Source: Patescibacteria group bacterium
Lineage (GTDB): Bacteria; Patescibacteriota; Patescibacteriia; 2-12-FULL-57-11
Direction: 5' to 3'
Assembly (NCBI GenBank): GCA_004297205.1
Contig: SCUL01000002.1
Span: 462,647 to 526,646, forward strand
Length of the DNA: 64,000 nt
This document shows, piece after piece, positions 10,766 to 23,426 of the stretch (within the stretch, counting starts at the first letter, position 1; every line of letters begins with the position of its first letter). The notes beneath the pieces were generated by a model. It saw nothing but the letters and a program-made list of their open reading frames with translations, had not been told where the DNA came from and did not search any database. Made by a program: the position numbers and the translations under genes.

Positions 10766-11326
10766 TCAGCGGGGGGTGGAGGTTGCCAAAGTCGTCGTGT
10801 CCACGGCGGTGGAAAGGCGGTCGCGCATGGCGTTCAGCGCCGTGTTCAGCGAGGCCGTCGCGGCGGCGGTCGGCGTCGAGGTGGTGCCGGTGAGCGCGCT
10901 CAGACGCGCCGAGATGTCGCTGAACTGCCGGTCGAACAGGGCGCGGGCCTCGTCGGCCGCGGCATGCGTCTTGTTCGGGTCGCCGCTCGGCACGACGCGC
11001 GACCCCACGGCGAACACCCAGGCGCCGGCCACGAACACGGTCAGCACGATCGATGCGACCACCATGTTGCGCACCCGGCGGAAGTGGGTCTCCGGATCGA
11101 CGTCGTAGCCTTCATGCGTCGGGAGCCCCCCGTACGGATGCGCCGAAAGCTCCGGACGGAAATGCGGATCCTCCTCCGGCACGGCACCGACCGGGCCGGG
11201 CATCTGGTCCTCGAAGCCGAGCGGCTCGCGCTCGTGGCGGGTGCGCTCCTCCCCGGAGACCTGCTCCCCGATGAAGTCGGTCATCTCCCGGTCCGCGGCG
11301 GTTTTTTTGCTGCGGGGCGAGGCCAT
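10766..11326 (-). CDS. Hypothetical single-TM protein
   Basis: 186 aa, one hydrophobic segment, in operon with gyrA. Confidence 0.65.
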   Translation of the reverse strand: MASPRSKKTAADREMTDFIGEQVSGEERTRHEREPLGFEDQMPGPVGAVPEEDPHFRPELSAHPYGGLPTHEGYDVDPETHFRRVRNMVVASIVLTVFVAGAWVFAVGSRVVPSGDPNKTHAAADEARALFDRQFSDISARLSALTGTTSTPTAAATASLNTALNAMRDRLSTAVDTTTLATSTPR

Positions 11327-11327
11327 A

Positions 11328-11990
11328 TCAGCTGCGGGTGAACTGGTAAAACGCCGTGCTGTCCTGCGGCAGGTCTTTGCGGGAAATCTTCAGCTTCTCG
11401 ACTTTCTCGGCCGTGCCACCGACTTCGCGGAAAAATGTGTCCGCGGAGTCGAGTTTCAACTTGATGTCGGCGTCGGCGTAATGCATCGGAATGACCACGC
11501 GCGGCTCCAACCGGTTCACGATCTTCACCGCTTCGTCGGCGCCGATGGTCGATCCCTGGCCGCCGACCGGCACGAGCAGCACGTCGATGTCCTCGAGCCG
11601 ATCCAGCTCCAGGTCCGTGAGCGGATGGCCGATGTCGCCGAGGTGCGCGATCGACAGGTCGCCGATCTCAAAACGGTACAGCGTGTTCGGTCCTTCCTTC
11701 TTGCCCTTCGGCGCGCCGTGGCCGGACGGGATGCCGTAGACGAAGACGTCCTTCACTTCGTACTCCCCCGGACCGCGGATGACGAACGGTTCGCCGCCGA
11801 CCTGTTCGGCCGCGCCGTGCCCCAGATGCTCGTGGGAAAGGGTCACGATCTGCGCCGTCAGGTTGCGCGGCAACTTCACGCCCATCTCCGGAGCGAAGGG
11901 GTCGGTAACGATGGCAACTTCGTCGGTGTCCGTCTTCGCAAGGATGCGGAAGCAGGACAAGCCGTGCCAGGTGAACGTGAGGGTGGCCAT
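11328..11990 (-). CDS. MBL-fold metallo-hydrolase
   Basis: WHGLSCF, TLSHEHLGH, HLGD, VIPMHY. Confidence 0.88.
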   Translation of the reverse strand: MATLTFTWHGLSCFRILAKTDTDEVAIVTDPFAPEMGVKLPRNLTAQIVTLSHEHLGHGAAEQVGGEPFVIRGPGEYEVKDVFVYGIPSGHGAPKGKKEGPNTLYRFEIGDLSIAHLGDIGHPLTDLELDRLEDIDVLLVPVGGQGSTIGADEAVKIVNRLEPRVVIPMHYADADIKLKLDSADTFFREVGGTAEKVEKLKISRKDLPQDSTAFYQFTRS

Positions 11991-12048
11991 ACAAAAAAGG
12001 CTGTCGGAACGCGGGTACTGTATCCCGCGGGGGCGGGAAAATCAACGG

Positions 12049-12735
12049 CTATTCGAAGAGCTCGATCACCCCGCGGTAATACTCGATTTCGCCATCGACG
12101 TCCTCCTTGGAGACGTCATGTTCGACCCCGGACCAGCCCTCCTCGAAGACTTTGACCTTGCCGCGGATTTCCGGTCCCCACTTTTCCGAACGCTCGGCCA
12201 TGGCGGCGAGCGTGGCGATCCGCCGATCAATCTCCGGCTGTTCCTTTTTATATTGCTCGATCAGGGTCATGCAGTCGCCGTTCTTCGATCCCAGGCACAT
12301 CTCCTGAATTTCCTTGGAGACGCGGTCGTGCACGGCGAGTTTCGCTTCCACGATGAGCGCGCGCTCATCCGGCGAAAAGAAAATCTCAAACTCCTGGCCG
12401 CCCTGGCGCACGTCTTCGACGCGGCCGCCCTTGGCCAGGAAGTTCAGGTATTTCTCTTTCAACCCGCGCTTTTCGAGTTCTTCCTGAAGATAGCGATCCT
12501 CATGCACCCGGCCTTCAGCGTCGTGGATGCGGGCGAAGGCTTTGCGGTACGGCCAGATCTCGCGGCCGAAGGTGACGATCATGCGCTCGATTTCCGTGAC
12601 CGGGGTGTGGGGATTCGCGGCCAGCTTCTCGACCTCGGCATGCATGGCGGCGCGGCGCTCCGCGGGAAAAAAGTGCGGCGCCTTGTCCACCGAGTGCTTC
12701 AACAGGTCGAGGGTGTAGGAATAGGGGTGTCGCAT
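12049..12735 (-). CDS. Hypothetical protein
   Basis: 228-aa helical ORF tightly packed with neighbours. Confidence 0.7.
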   Translation of the reverse strand: MRHPYSYTLDLLKHSVDKAPHFFPAERRAAMHAEVEKLAANPHTPVTEIERMIVTFGREIWPYRKAFARIHDAEGRVHEDRYLQEELEKRGLKEKYLNFLAKGGRVEDVRQGGQEFEIFFSPDERALIVEAKLAVHDRVSKEIQEMCLGSKNGDCMTLIEQYKKEQPEIDRRIATLAAMAERSEKWGPEIRGKVKVFEEGWSGVEHDVSKEDVDGEIEYYRGVIELFE

Positions 12736-12738
12736 AGC

Positions 12739-13332
12739 TCAATCTTCGCCGAACGGGTCGATGGCTTCTGGTCCTTCTTCTTTGGACGGTGCCGATGAGC
12801 CGCCGCCCCGCTCAGCGGGGCTACCGCGCTCGATGCGGTCGGCGCCCGAGAACGAGCCGAGCGCGCCGGAGCCGGAACGCGAGGCGTCCTGCGCCGCCTT
12901 GCCGATGGCGCCGCCGCCGACGGCGGGCGCCTGCGCGCGGGAGGCGGACGGTTTGGGCGCGCCCGGAGCGCCGGGTTTCTTGGCCAGCGCGGCGGTGATC
13001 TCCGCTTTCTTCTTTGCTTCCTCGTCCATGCGCTGCCGCATGGCGACCATCTTCCCCGCCTTGACCACCGCCGCCGACGGGCCGGTCGGCGCGTCGGCCT
13101 TCTTGAACTGCGTCTCGAACTGCCCGGCCGTGAGGTGGGTGGCTCCGGGCTTCAGGAGGCCTTTCTCCTTGAGCTTCATCATGACCTTCTTGGCCTCATA
13201 CCCTTTGAGGCTGGCACTGTGCGCCGGATTCACCCCGACCTCCTTCATGATCGACACCACCTTGCTTTGAAGATTGGAGCGCAGGTTCTGTTTGACGACC
13301 TTGGTGAGCGCCTGCCGAGAGATGTTCGCCAT
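12739..13332 (-). CDS. Hypothetical Lys/Ala-rich protein
   Basis: 197 aa; TATAAT shortly upstream of ATG. Confidence 0.65.
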   Translation of the reverse strand: MANISRQALTKVVKQNLRSNLQSKVVSIMKEVGVNPAHSASLKGYEAKKVMMKLKEKGLLKPGATHLTAGQFETQFKKADAPTGPSAAVVKAGKMVAMRQRMDEEAKKKAEITAALAKKPGAPGAPKPSASRAQAPAVGGGAIGKAAQDASRSGSGALGSFSGADRIERGSPAERGGGSSAPSKEEGPEAIDPFGED

Positions 13333-13473
13333 ACGTACCTATTATATACGTCTTCCTGCGCCGCCACACCCCTCCTCTTGCCAATTCCCCCGGAAAGGTC
13401 TACGCTCCCGCCACATTCATCCATCCCCGGCACGGCCGGGACCCCGCCACGGCGGGGGTAATCGACGGTTTCC

Positions 13474-14643
13474 ATGCAAGACATCACCAAACAGAAGGAC
13501 GTGACCTCCGAATTCGAACGGCTGCTCGAGTCGTCCGGCATGCTCGCCATCCCCAAGGTCGGCGACGTGATCAAGGGCGCGGTCATCTCCTTTGCCAAGA
13601 ACGAAGTGCGCATCGACATTCCCGGCTTCAAGACCGGCGTGGTGCGCGGCCGCGAAATCTTTTCCGAATCCGCGGAAGTCGCCGGCATCAAGCCGGGCGA
13701 CGACGTCGAGGCCACGGTCGTGGCGCTCGAGAATGAAAACGGCGACGTCGAGCTCTCCTTCCGCTCGGCCGGACACCGCAAGGCCTGGGACGCCATCGCC
13801 GGCGCGCAGACCGCGGGCACGCCGCTTGAAGTGACCATCGTCGAAGCCAACAAGGGCGGCCTTATGGTCCGGGTCAACCACATGCTCGGCTTCCTGCCGG
13901 TCTCCCAGCTCGCGCCGGAGCACTATCCGCGCGTGGCGGGCGGCGACAAGTCCAAGATCCTCGAGAAGCTCAAGTCGTTCGTCGGCCAGAGCCTCAAGGT
14001 GAAGGTGCTGGACGCGAACGAAGGTGCCGAGAAGCTGATCGTCTCGGAGAAGGCCGTCTGGGAAGACGAACAGGCCGCGGTCATCGCCAAGTACAAGATC
14101 GGCGACACCGTGGAGGGCGCGGTCACCGCGCTGACCGACTTCGGCGCGTTCGTGAAATTCGACGCGCTCGAGGGCCTGGTCCACATCTCGGAAATCGCCT
14201 GGCAGCGCATCGACCATCCGCGCGACGTGCTCACGGTCGGCCAAGAAGTGAAGTGCCAGGTGATCGGCATCCAGGGTTCCAAGATCTTCCTCTCCATGAA
14301 GAAGCTCATCGAAGACCCCTGGAAGAACGTGGGCGACAAGTACCACATCGGCCAAATCGTCCGCGGCAAGATCATCAAGGCCAACCCGTTCGGCTTCTTC
14401 GTGGAGCTCGACCCCGACATCCATGGTCTGGCGCACGTGAGCGAGCTCTCGCACACGCCGATCAAGGATCCGACCGACGTGGCCAAGGTCGGCGAGGACA
14501 AGACCTTCAAGATCGTGTCCATCGAACCGGACAGCCACCGGCTCGGCCTCTCGCTGAAGGCGCTCGAAGAAGCGCCGAAGGCCGAAGAGAAGAAAGAGGA
14601 AGACAAAAAGGAAGAAAAACCCGCCGAAGAAAAAACGGCCTAA
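13474..14643 (+). CDS. rpsA: 30S ribosomal protein bS1 (4 S1 domains)
   Basis: [28 protein letters not shown]. Confidence 0.93.
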   Translation: MQDITKQKDVTSEFERLLESSGMLAIPKVGDVIKGAVISFAKNEVRIDIPGFKTGVVRGREIFSESAEVAGIKPGDDVEATVVALENENGDVELSFRSAGHRKAWDAIAGAQTAGTPLEVTIVEANKGGLMVRVNHMLGFLPVSQLAPEHYPRVAGGDKSKILEKLKSFVGQSLKVKVLDANEGAEKLIVSEKAVWEDEQAAVIAKYKIGDTVEGAVTALTDFGAFVKFDALEGLVHISEIAWQRIDHPRDVLTVGQEVKCQVIGIQGSKIFLSMKKLIEDPWKNVGDKYHIGQIVRGKIIKANPFGFFVELDPDIHGLAHVSELSHTPIKDPTDVAKVGEDKTFKIVSIEPDSHRLGLSLKALEEAPKAEEKKEEDKKEEKPAEEKTA

Positions 14644-14735
14644 CCGGCCGGCACGAAGGCGGTCCCTCCGGACCGCCTTTTGCGTTGCTGATTGCCAGAG
14701 GACCCCGAGACCGCCTATACTTTGAGTCGTACGCT

Positions 14736-16664
<1,929 letters not shown>

Positions 16665-16679
16665 CCACCTGGAGGAGGT

Positions 16680-17690
16680 ATGCGCACCAACGATCAAGCG
16701 GTTTATCGGCACGTGGTCACCGACGCCTGGAAACTTGCCTGGCGGCGGCGGTCCCTCTGGCCGTTCGGTTTTTTCGCGGCGCTGGTCACGACCGGCGGCA
16801 TCGTCGACGTGCTGATGCGGGGCTCGGGCAGCGTCTTTGACGCCGAGATCGCCCGGCTCTCCAACAACGCCGTCCCTTCGGTCGGGCAGCTCCTGCGCAT
16901 CGTCGGCCCGTCGAGCGCGGCCGTGCCTCCGGCGTGGCTGATCCTCGCCGCGGCGGTCGGCTTTATCATGGTGGCGGCGCTGCTCTGGGTCGCGCTCGTC
17001 TCCCAGGGCGCGCTCATCGCCGGCATCACCGCCGCCGACAAGCGCGCCAACCCGAAGGCCGTGCTCGGCCGCGGCATCGCCGTGTTCTGGCCGCTGTTCG
17101 GCATCGCGCTCCTCGACCGGCTCGTGATCGGCGCCGTGACCTTTGCGGCGGCCGTCCCCTTCGGGGCGGCGCTTGCCGGCGGCAACCCGGGCACGGTGCT
17201 GCTCTACGTCGTCACCTACGTGGCCTTCATCCTGGTCTCGACGGCCGCCTCCATCATCGCGCTCTACGCCGCGGTCGACGTGACCGCCTCCGGCTCGTCG
17301 CTCCCGAACGCCGTGAAGCACGCGGTGACGACCTTCTCCAAGCATTGGATCGTTTCCTACGAAGCGGCGCTCGTGGTCTTCGGCATCGACGTCCTGGTGG
17401 GCCTCGCGCTCCTCATGGGCTTCGTGATCCTGCTGGTGCCGACCACGCTCTTCCTCCTCATGATGCAGGTCATCGGCACGGTCGCCGGCTCCTGGCTGTT
17501 CCTGACGCTCTTCGGCGCGCTGCTCGTGGCCTGGGTCGTGGCGCTCGCCTCGCTCGCCACCACGCTGCGCTACAGCATCTGGACGCTGCTCTACGAACGG
17601 TTGCAGGGCCAGTCCGTTTCCGCCAAGATTGTCCGCGTGCTGCGCGCCATTCCCGACGTCTTCCGCGAAGCCGCCAAGCACCGCGCCTGA
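16680..17690 (+). CDS. Multi-pass membrane protein
   Basis: SD GGAGGAGG; about 6-7 hydrophobic segments. Confidence 0.75.
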   Translation: MRTNDQAVYRHVVTDAWKLAWRRRSLWPFGFFAALVTTGGIVDVLMRGSGSVFDAEIARLSNNAVPSVGQLLRIVGPSSAAVPPAWLILAAAVGFIMVAALLWVALVSQGALIAGITAADKRANPKAVLGRGIAVFWPLFGIALLDRLVIGAVTFAAAVPFGAALAGGNPGTVLLYVVTYVAFILVSTAASIIALYAAVDVTASGSSLPNAVKHAVTTFSKHWIVSYEAALVVFGIDVLVGLALLMGFVILLVPTTLFLLMMQVIGTVAGSWLFLTLFGALLVAWVVALASLATTLRYSIWTLLYERLQGQSVSAKIVRVLRAIPDVFREAAKHRA

Positions 17691-17711
17691 CCCGTCCCTG
17701 ACCCCGCCCTC

Positions 17712-19400
17712 ATGGCCGATGAGAAACTCCCCTCCCTGTCCGCGCCCTCCGGAGCCGAAAAGCTGACGGAGAAGATGCGCGAGATCGAACTCAAGGCCAA
17801 GGAGCGCGAAGTCGAACAGCAGGCCGCGGTCGGCGGATTCCCGTACATCAACCTGGTCGGCTTCCCCATCAGCCCGGAAGCCATCATCCTGATTCCCAAA
17901 CCGCAGGCGCTCGAGCTCAAAGTCCTGTGCTTCCTGTCCGCGGGAGAGGAAGTGCGCATCGCCGCGGTCAACCCGGGACTGCCGGCCATCCAGGAAGTGC
18001 TCTACCAGGTGGAAGAACGCACCGGCGCCAAAGGCGCGATCTACGTCATCTCCGAACACAGCTTTGAAACGGCGGCGAAGCTCTACGACGCTCTGCCGAC
18101 GATCCGCAAAATCACCAAGGGCGTGGCCATCTCCGAAGAGGAACTCAAGAAACACGAAGGCATCACCGACTTCACGGCGCTCGAGGGCGAGCTCAAGAAG
18201 GTCAATGTCACGGACATCGTGACGATCCTCGTGGCCACGGCCTTGAACGCCAACGCCTCCGACATCCACGTCGAAGCCGAGGAAAAGGCCATCGTCGTGC
18301 GTTACCGCCTCGACGGCATCCTGCACGAAGTGGCCAAGCTCCCGGCCGAGCTGTGGGCCAAAGTCGTCAGCCGCATCAAGCTGCTCTCGGGCCTCAAGAT
18401 CAACGTCACCGACCGCCCGCAGGACGGCCGCTTCACCATCCTGCTCACGAACGACAAGATCGACGTCCGCGTCTCCATGCTCCCCACGACCTGGGGCGAG
18501 TCGGTCGTCATGCGCATCCTGCGCGCCTCCGGTGCCGGCAAGACCGCCGATTTCAACAACCTCGGCATCCGCGGCCGCGCTTTCACCGAGCTCGCCAAGC
18601 AGATCGAACGGCCGAACGGCATGATCATCACCACCGGTCCGACCGGCTCCGGTAAAACGACGACGTTGTACTCGATCCTGAAAAAGCTCAACTCGCCGGA
18701 GATGAAGATCATCACGCTCGAAGATCCGGTCGAATACAAACTCGAGGGCATCAACCAGTCGCAGATCGACCACGCCAAGGACTACACCTTCGCCAAGGGC
18801 CTGCGCTCCATCCTCCGTCAGGACCCGGACGTCGTCATGGTCGGTGAAATCCGCGACCTGGAGACGGCCGAGATCGCCATCCAGGCGGCACTGACCGGCC
18901 ACCTCGTCATTTCCACCATCCACACCAACTCCGCGGCCGGCGCCATTCCTCGCTTCCTCTCGATGGGCGTGAAGGGCTTCCTGCTTGCGCCGGCTTTGAA
19001 CGCCGTCATCGGCCAGCGGCTGGTCCGCCGCATCTGTCCGGACTGCATCGTCGAAGACAAGCTCAGTTCCGAATTGCTGGCGCGCGCCAAAAAGGTGCTC
19101 GGCGACATTCCTGCGTCGTCGGGCGAAAAGCCGGACCTCTCCAAGGTGAAATTCTACAAAGGCGGCGGCTGCAAGGCCTGCATGGGCCTCGGCTTCAAGG
19201 GACGCATCGGCATCTACGAAATCATGATCATGGACAAGGACATCGAGCAGATCATCCTGTCCGGAGAAGTTTCCGAATACAAGATGCTCGAGGTTGCCGT
19301 GTCCAAAGGCATGGTCACGATGGCCCAGGACGGACTTTTGAAAGCGCTCGACAAGCTGACCTCGGTCGAAGAAGTGTTCCGCACCGCAAGCGAAGACTAG
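17712..19400 (+). CDS. pilB: Type IV pilus assembly ATPase PilB/GspE
   Basis: ASDIHVE, PQDGRF, GPTGSGKTTTLY, CPDC..CKAC. Confidence 0.9.
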   Translation: MADEKLPSLSAPSGAEKLTEKMREIELKAKEREVEQQAAVGGFPYINLVGFPISPEAIILIPKPQALELKVLCFLSAGEEVRIAAVNPGLPAIQEVLYQVEERTGAKGAIYVISEHSFETAAKLYDALPTIRKITKGVAISEEELKKHEGITDFTALEGELKKVNVTDIVTILVATALNANASDIHVEAEEKAIVVRYRLDGILHEVAKLPAELWAKVVSRIKLLSGLKINVTDRPQDGRFTILLTNDKIDVRVSMLPTTWGESVVMRILRASGAGKTADFNNLGIRGRAFTELAKQIERPNGMIITTGPTGSGKTTTLYSILKKLNSPEMKIITLEDPVEYKLEGINQSQIDHAKDYTFAKGLRSILRQDPDVVMVGEIRDLETAEIAIQAALTGHLVISTIHTNSAAGAIPRFLSMGVKGFLLAPALNAVIGQRLVRRICPDCIVEDKLSSELLARAKKVLGDIPASSGEKPDLSKVKFYKGGGCKACMGLGFKGRIGIYEIMIMDKDIEQIILSGEVSEYKMLEVAVSKGMVTMAQDGLLKALDKLTSVEEVFRTASED

Positions 19401-19435
19401 GCGGAAACGAAACGCCCCCGCCCAGCGGGGGCGTT

Positions 19436-19855
19436 TTACGTTGCGGTAACCGTTCGCTTCTTCCCCGTGTGATTGAAGACGAGGCGACGCGTTCCCTTCG
19501 GTAATACGCGGGTTACTTTGTCAGCCCACTCGATGGCCACGACCATGTTTTCTTTGCCGAGGTAGTCGGCGACGCCCAACCCCGTGAACTCCGCGTCGGA
19601 CTTCAGACGATAGGCGTCGAAATGCACCAGCTGGTGGATGCGCGGATGCGGTGCGGCATGCACGTGCATCAGCGTGAAGGTCGGACTCGTGATTTTTTCG
19701 GCGACGCCCAAATGTTTGGCGAGCCGCTGCACGAAGGCGGTCTTCCCTGCGCCGAGCGGTCCTTCGAGCGCCAGCACTTCGCCGCCGCGCAATTCCCCTG
19801 CCATACGCTTGGCAAAGACATCGAGTTTGGCGAGTGTGGAAATATCCTGCGTCAT
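19436..19855 (-). CDS. tsaE: t6A biosynthesis ATPase TsaE
   Basis: GPLGAGKT, SPTF, HFDAYRL, IEWAD. Confidence 0.95.
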   Translation of the reverse strand: MTQDISTLAKLDVFAKRMAGELRGGEVLALEGPLGAGKTAFVQRLAKHLGVAEKITSPTFTLMHVHAAPHPRIHQLVHFDAYRLKSDAEFTGLGVADYLGKENMVVAIEWADKVTRVLPKGTRRLVFNHTGKKRTVTAT

Positions 19856-19856
19856 A

Positions 19857-20864
19857 CTAGCGTCCCAACTCCCAGCCCGCGTCCGGCGCGAGCATCAGCG
19901 GATCCGATCGGCGTTTCCCCTGGAGCGCGAAATATCCAGCCGCGACGATCATCGCGGCGTTGTCCGACGTCCACGCCAGATCCGGTTCGACGTAGCGGAC
20001 TTTGGGCAGCTCCTTCTTGATCGCGGCCGCGAGCAACGTGCGCAGGCGGCGATTGGCTGCGACGCCGCCGCCCAAGAGCGCCGTCTTGGCGCGCGCCTTT
20101 TTTGCCGCCGCGATAGTTTTTGTCACCAGCACTTCGCAGACCGCTTCCTCAAACGAAGCGCAAACATCGGCGGGCTTCGGCTTCTTCCCTTTGGCCTCGA
20201 TGACGCTTCGCACCGCAGTCTTCAGACCAGAGAAACTGAAATCGAAGTCGCCGGAGGCGATCATCGGCCGCGGCAGCTTCACGGCGCGCGGGTTCCCCTT
20301 CTGCGCGAGCTTCGAGACCGCCGGACCGCCCGGATAGTCGAGCCCGAGCAGCTGCGCGGTTTTGTCGAAGGCCTCGCCCGCAGCGTCGTCGCGCGTCGCG
20401 CCCATCAATTCGTACTGACCAAGCTTTTTGATGCGCAGCAATTCCGTGTGTCCGCCGGAAACGATCAGCGCCACGGCAGGAAAGGCAACGCGCGGGTTCG
20501 TGAGCCAGTTGGAGGCGATGTGCCCCTCGATGTGGTTCACGCCCACGAGCGGTTTCTTCCAGAGCCAGGCGAGCGTGCGTCCCACATCAACCCCGACGCG
20601 TAGCGACGTGATGAGTCCGGGCCCGGCCGTGACGGCGATGGCGTCCACGTTCGGTCGCTTGGGATTCACCATCTTGGCGAGCACCGGAAAGATTGTTTCG
20701 GCATGTTCGCGCGCCGCGACTTCCGGCACCACGCCGCCATACTTCTTATGAATCAGCACCTGGGATGCGGTCAGCATCTTCTCCACCACAAACCGTCCCC
20801 GCTCGACGCGCACAAGCGCCAGGGATGTTTCATCGCAGGACGTTTCGATGCCGAGGATGCGCAT
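19857..20864 (-). CDS. tsaD: t6A transferase TsaD
   Basis: MRILGIETSCDET, HIEGH, SGGHT, DDAAGEAFDK, DNAAMI. Confidence 0.96.
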   Translation of the reverse strand: MRILGIETSCDETSLALVRVERGRFVVEKMLTASQVLIHKKYGGVVPEVAAREHAETIFPVLAKMVNPKRPNVDAIAVTAGPGLITSLRVGVDVGRTLAWLWKKPLVGVNHIEGHIASNWLTNPRVAFPAVALIVSGGHTELLRIKKLGQYELMGATRDDAAGEAFDKTAQLLGLDYPGGPAVSKLAQKGNPRAVKLPRPMIASGDFDFSFSGLKTAVRSVIEAKGKKPKPADVCASFEEAVCEVLVTKTIAAAKKARAKTALLGGGVAANRRLRTLLAAAIKKELPKVRYVEPDLAWTSDNAAMIVAAGYFALQGKRRSDPLMLAPDAGWELGR

Positions 20865-20881
20865 GATCAAACAATGGAGAG

Positions 20882-21568
20882 TCAACCGCGAAAGATGTAT
20901 CTGGATGAACGATACATCATGCGATGGACAATAAATGTTGTGACAACTGTGAAAGCAAAGAACCAGGCGAGGTTAACCAAGAATGCGCGTGCGGTAAAGA
21001 GTTGAAGCGCGGATAACGCCATCTGCTGCGGACGGAGGAGCGCGTCCCAGACATTCAATCGCGTATAGAGTCCGAAGACGCTTGCGAAGGAAGCGAGCAG
21101 ACACATCGACACCATGAACAGGCGTTTTTTGCCCGAGTCACGAAATCGCGCGGTCGCGACCTGCGCAAGCGAAAAGACGTAGCTCAAAAAACCGGTGAGC
21201 GCGTACAGAAATACGGGGTAGAGCGTCCACAGGCGGTCAACACAAACACCCGTATACGTTTCTCCGGATGGAAGCCGACAGAGTTCGGCGACATGGCGAA
21301 TCTCCGTGACGGAATAAAGCGTATATGGAAGAAACGTCAACCATAAAAGCCACGCGAATGCGCTTTTCAAACCGGAAGCGGAGCCCCGGGCGATGGACCA
21401 TCCCGAAAACAACGGGACTCCGAGCAGCACGAGCCGCAATACGGAGAGCACGGGCACGCCGAACGGCCGAAGATTAGGATAGAGGTTCCAGTCATGCAGC
21501 AAAAAAACCGCAGTCACCATGCAGACCCCGATCGCGAATGCCGCTCGATGTGTAAAGGGTGTCTTCAT
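20882..21568 (-). CDS. DUF1361-like membrane protein
   Basis: WLTFLPYTLYSVTEIRH..GLYTRLNVWD; lower GC. Confidence 0.65.
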   Translation of the reverse strand: MKTPFTHRAAFAIGVCMVTAVFLLHDWNLYPNLRPFGVPVLSVLRLVLLGVPLFSGWSIARGSASGLKSAFAWLLWLTFLPYTLYSVTEIRHVAELCRLPSGETYTGVCVDRLWTLYPVFLYALTGFLSYVFSLAQVATARFRDSGKKRLFMVSMCLLASFASVFGLYTRLNVWDALLRPQQMALSALQLFTARAFLVNLAWFFAFTVVTTFIVHRMMYRSSRYIFRG

Positions 21569-21573
21569 GACAT

Positions 21574-22425
21574 TCAGATGCTTTCATTGACGCTACACCG
21601 CCTTGTTCGAAACGCATAGCTGGGAAAGGAACGATGCGGGCGGTTCATTGCCGAGAGGTATGTCCAGAGCGTCGGCGCATAAAATACCCTGCAAGACGCC
21701 GGTCGTGACAGGGTTGTCTGCCCGACCTCGGGAGGTTTCCTTACCAATGCGGGTAGAACCTTCGCGAGGGCCGCCGCTTGCCTCGCTTTGATGGTCCGCA
21801 ACGTCTCAAGCCGGCCAAGCTCCACGGCCACGCGCCGCACGATTGTCATGTTCTGGAACTGATGATCGCGAAGAACAACCGATACTCGGACCGGATCTCC
21901 ATGAAGGTACGCCCAAAATCCTCCTGAGTCACCGAGATAGTCGGGAACGTCTCCCCAGATCACTTGAAAGAACGGTTTACTCACCCCGCGAAACAGCCGA
22001 TGTGAAAAACGAAACGCATCAAGCAGAATGATGCCGTCGACATCTTTTATCGCCGCGACCACGGAGGACTCCGTGAAACAATAACGTCTTTCGGAACGCA
22101 CGGTCCGCCACTGCGGAGTTTCTCGTCCGACGACATGCCACAGGGAGCGGCCTGCAAGACGTTCACCGACCCGCTCCGCGCGAAGCCAGAAGGCGAGCAG
22201 CAGGTGACCGACGAACGTCGTGAAACCACGTTCAGCGATCCTCCTCCCCACCCAGGGCGTCCAATGTCCAAAAGGGATCTTGTAGTGGATGATCAGTAAT
22301 TGAAAACCGGCTGATTCGAGAGCGGCACACAGCAACGCATCCGTGGCTTTCGTCCCCGCAATAACCACGACGCGATGTGGTCCCTTCTCGGTTTCGTTCC
22401 GCGTCTCGATGCCCAGGATGCGCAT
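21574..22425 (-). CDS. Divergent formyltransferase-like protein fused to TsaD-like N-terminus
   Basis: Starts MRILGIETRNETE; contains WGDVPDYLGDSGGFWA resembling the formyltransferase HxGxLPxYRG region. Confidence 0.55.
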   Translation of the reverse strand: MRILGIETRNETEKGPHRVVVIAGTKATDALLCAALESAGFQLLIIHYKIPFGHWTPWVGRRIAERGFTTFVGHLLLAFWLRAERVGERLAGRSLWHVVGRETPQWRTVRSERRYCFTESSVVAAIKDVDGIILLDAFRFSHRLFRGVSKPFFQVIWGDVPDYLGDSGGFWAYLHGDPVRVSVVLRDHQFQNMTIVRRVAVELGRLETLRTIKARQAAALAKVLPALVRKPPEVGQTTLSRPASCRVFYAPTLWTYLSAMNRPHRSFPSYAFRTRRCSVNESI

Positions 22426-22499
22426 GGCAACCATCCTAGCGCGCCGGGGCAAAAAAAAGAACGGCGAGGGTGTCGCCGCCGAACCGCACCCGGGTCCGA

Positions 22500-23336
22500 T
22501 CAGGTCTTCGGAAGCCGCGCGATGATCGCGGTCAGGAGCTGCGTGAACCGCCGGCTCGCCGCCGCCGCCGTCCCGACGACGTCGTTGTGCGAGAGCGGCT
22601 GGTCCTTCACCCCGGCGCCGTAATTCGTGACGCACGAGAGGCCGAGAACTCGCCTGTTCATGTGCCGGAGCGCGATCACTTCCGGCACCGTGGACATGCC
22701 GGCGAGATCGGCACCGAGCGCGCGCAGCATGCGCACCTCGGCCGGCGTCTCGTACTGCGGTCCTGCCATCATCGCGTAGATGCCCTGCGCGAGCGGCTTG
22801 CCGAAGACCTCGCGCGCCGCGTCCTGCGCAAGCTCCCGGTACTCGGGATCGTAGGCGTCGGTCATGTCCGGGAAGCGCGGCCCGAAGGCCTCGACGTTTT
22901 CGCCGCGCAACGGCGAGGCGGACGCCAGGTTCAGGTGATCCCGGAGGATCACGAGGTCCCCGGGCCGGTAGTCCGTGTTCACGGATCCGGCCGCGCAGGT
23001 GACGACGAACGTGTCTACTCCGGCCATGGCCAGCGTCCGGACGGCGAAGACGACGTCCTCGAACGCATGCCCTTCGTAGGCATGCACGCGCCCGGCGAGC
23101 AGAAGCGCGCATCGCTCTCCAACCTCCTTCACGAAGAGACGTCCGGCATGGCCTTCCACGCCCGGAGACGGCAGGCCGAGCTCGTCGTAGGAGATCGACC
23201 TCGCGCTTCCGGTCGCATAGCTGCCAAGCCCGGAACCGAGCACGACCGCGACCTGCGGACGGAAACCGGTCCCGAGCCATGTCTTCACCCGCACCGCCGA
23301 CGTGTGAACCCGCTCTTCGTTCGCGTTCCTGATCAT
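22500..23336 (-). CDS. punA: Purine-nucleoside phosphorylase (trimeric type)
   Basis: VLGSGLG, GRVHAYEG, GPQYETPAE, GMSTVPE; SD GAGGAGG before ATG 23336. Confidence 0.9.
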   Translation of the reverse strand: MIRNANEERVHTSAVRVKTWLGTGFRPQVAVVLGSGLGSYATGSARSISYDELGLPSPGVEGHAGRLFVKEVGERCALLLAGRVHAYEGHAFEDVVFAVRTLAMAGVDTFVVTCAAGSVNTDYRPGDLVILRDHLNLASASPLRGENVEAFGPRFPDMTDAYDPEYRELAQDAAREVFGKPLAQGIYAMMAGPQYETPAEVRMLRALGADLAGMSTVPEVIALRHMNRRVLGLSCVTNYGAGVKDQPLSHNDVVGTAAAASRRFTQLLTAIIARLPKT

Positions 23337-23426
23337 CAAACCCTCCTCGTTGGCCTTCCAACGTGGCGCGACCTTAACAAAACCCTTCGGCTTCTGCAAC
23401 GGACGGCGACACGTTGACGCGCGGGG

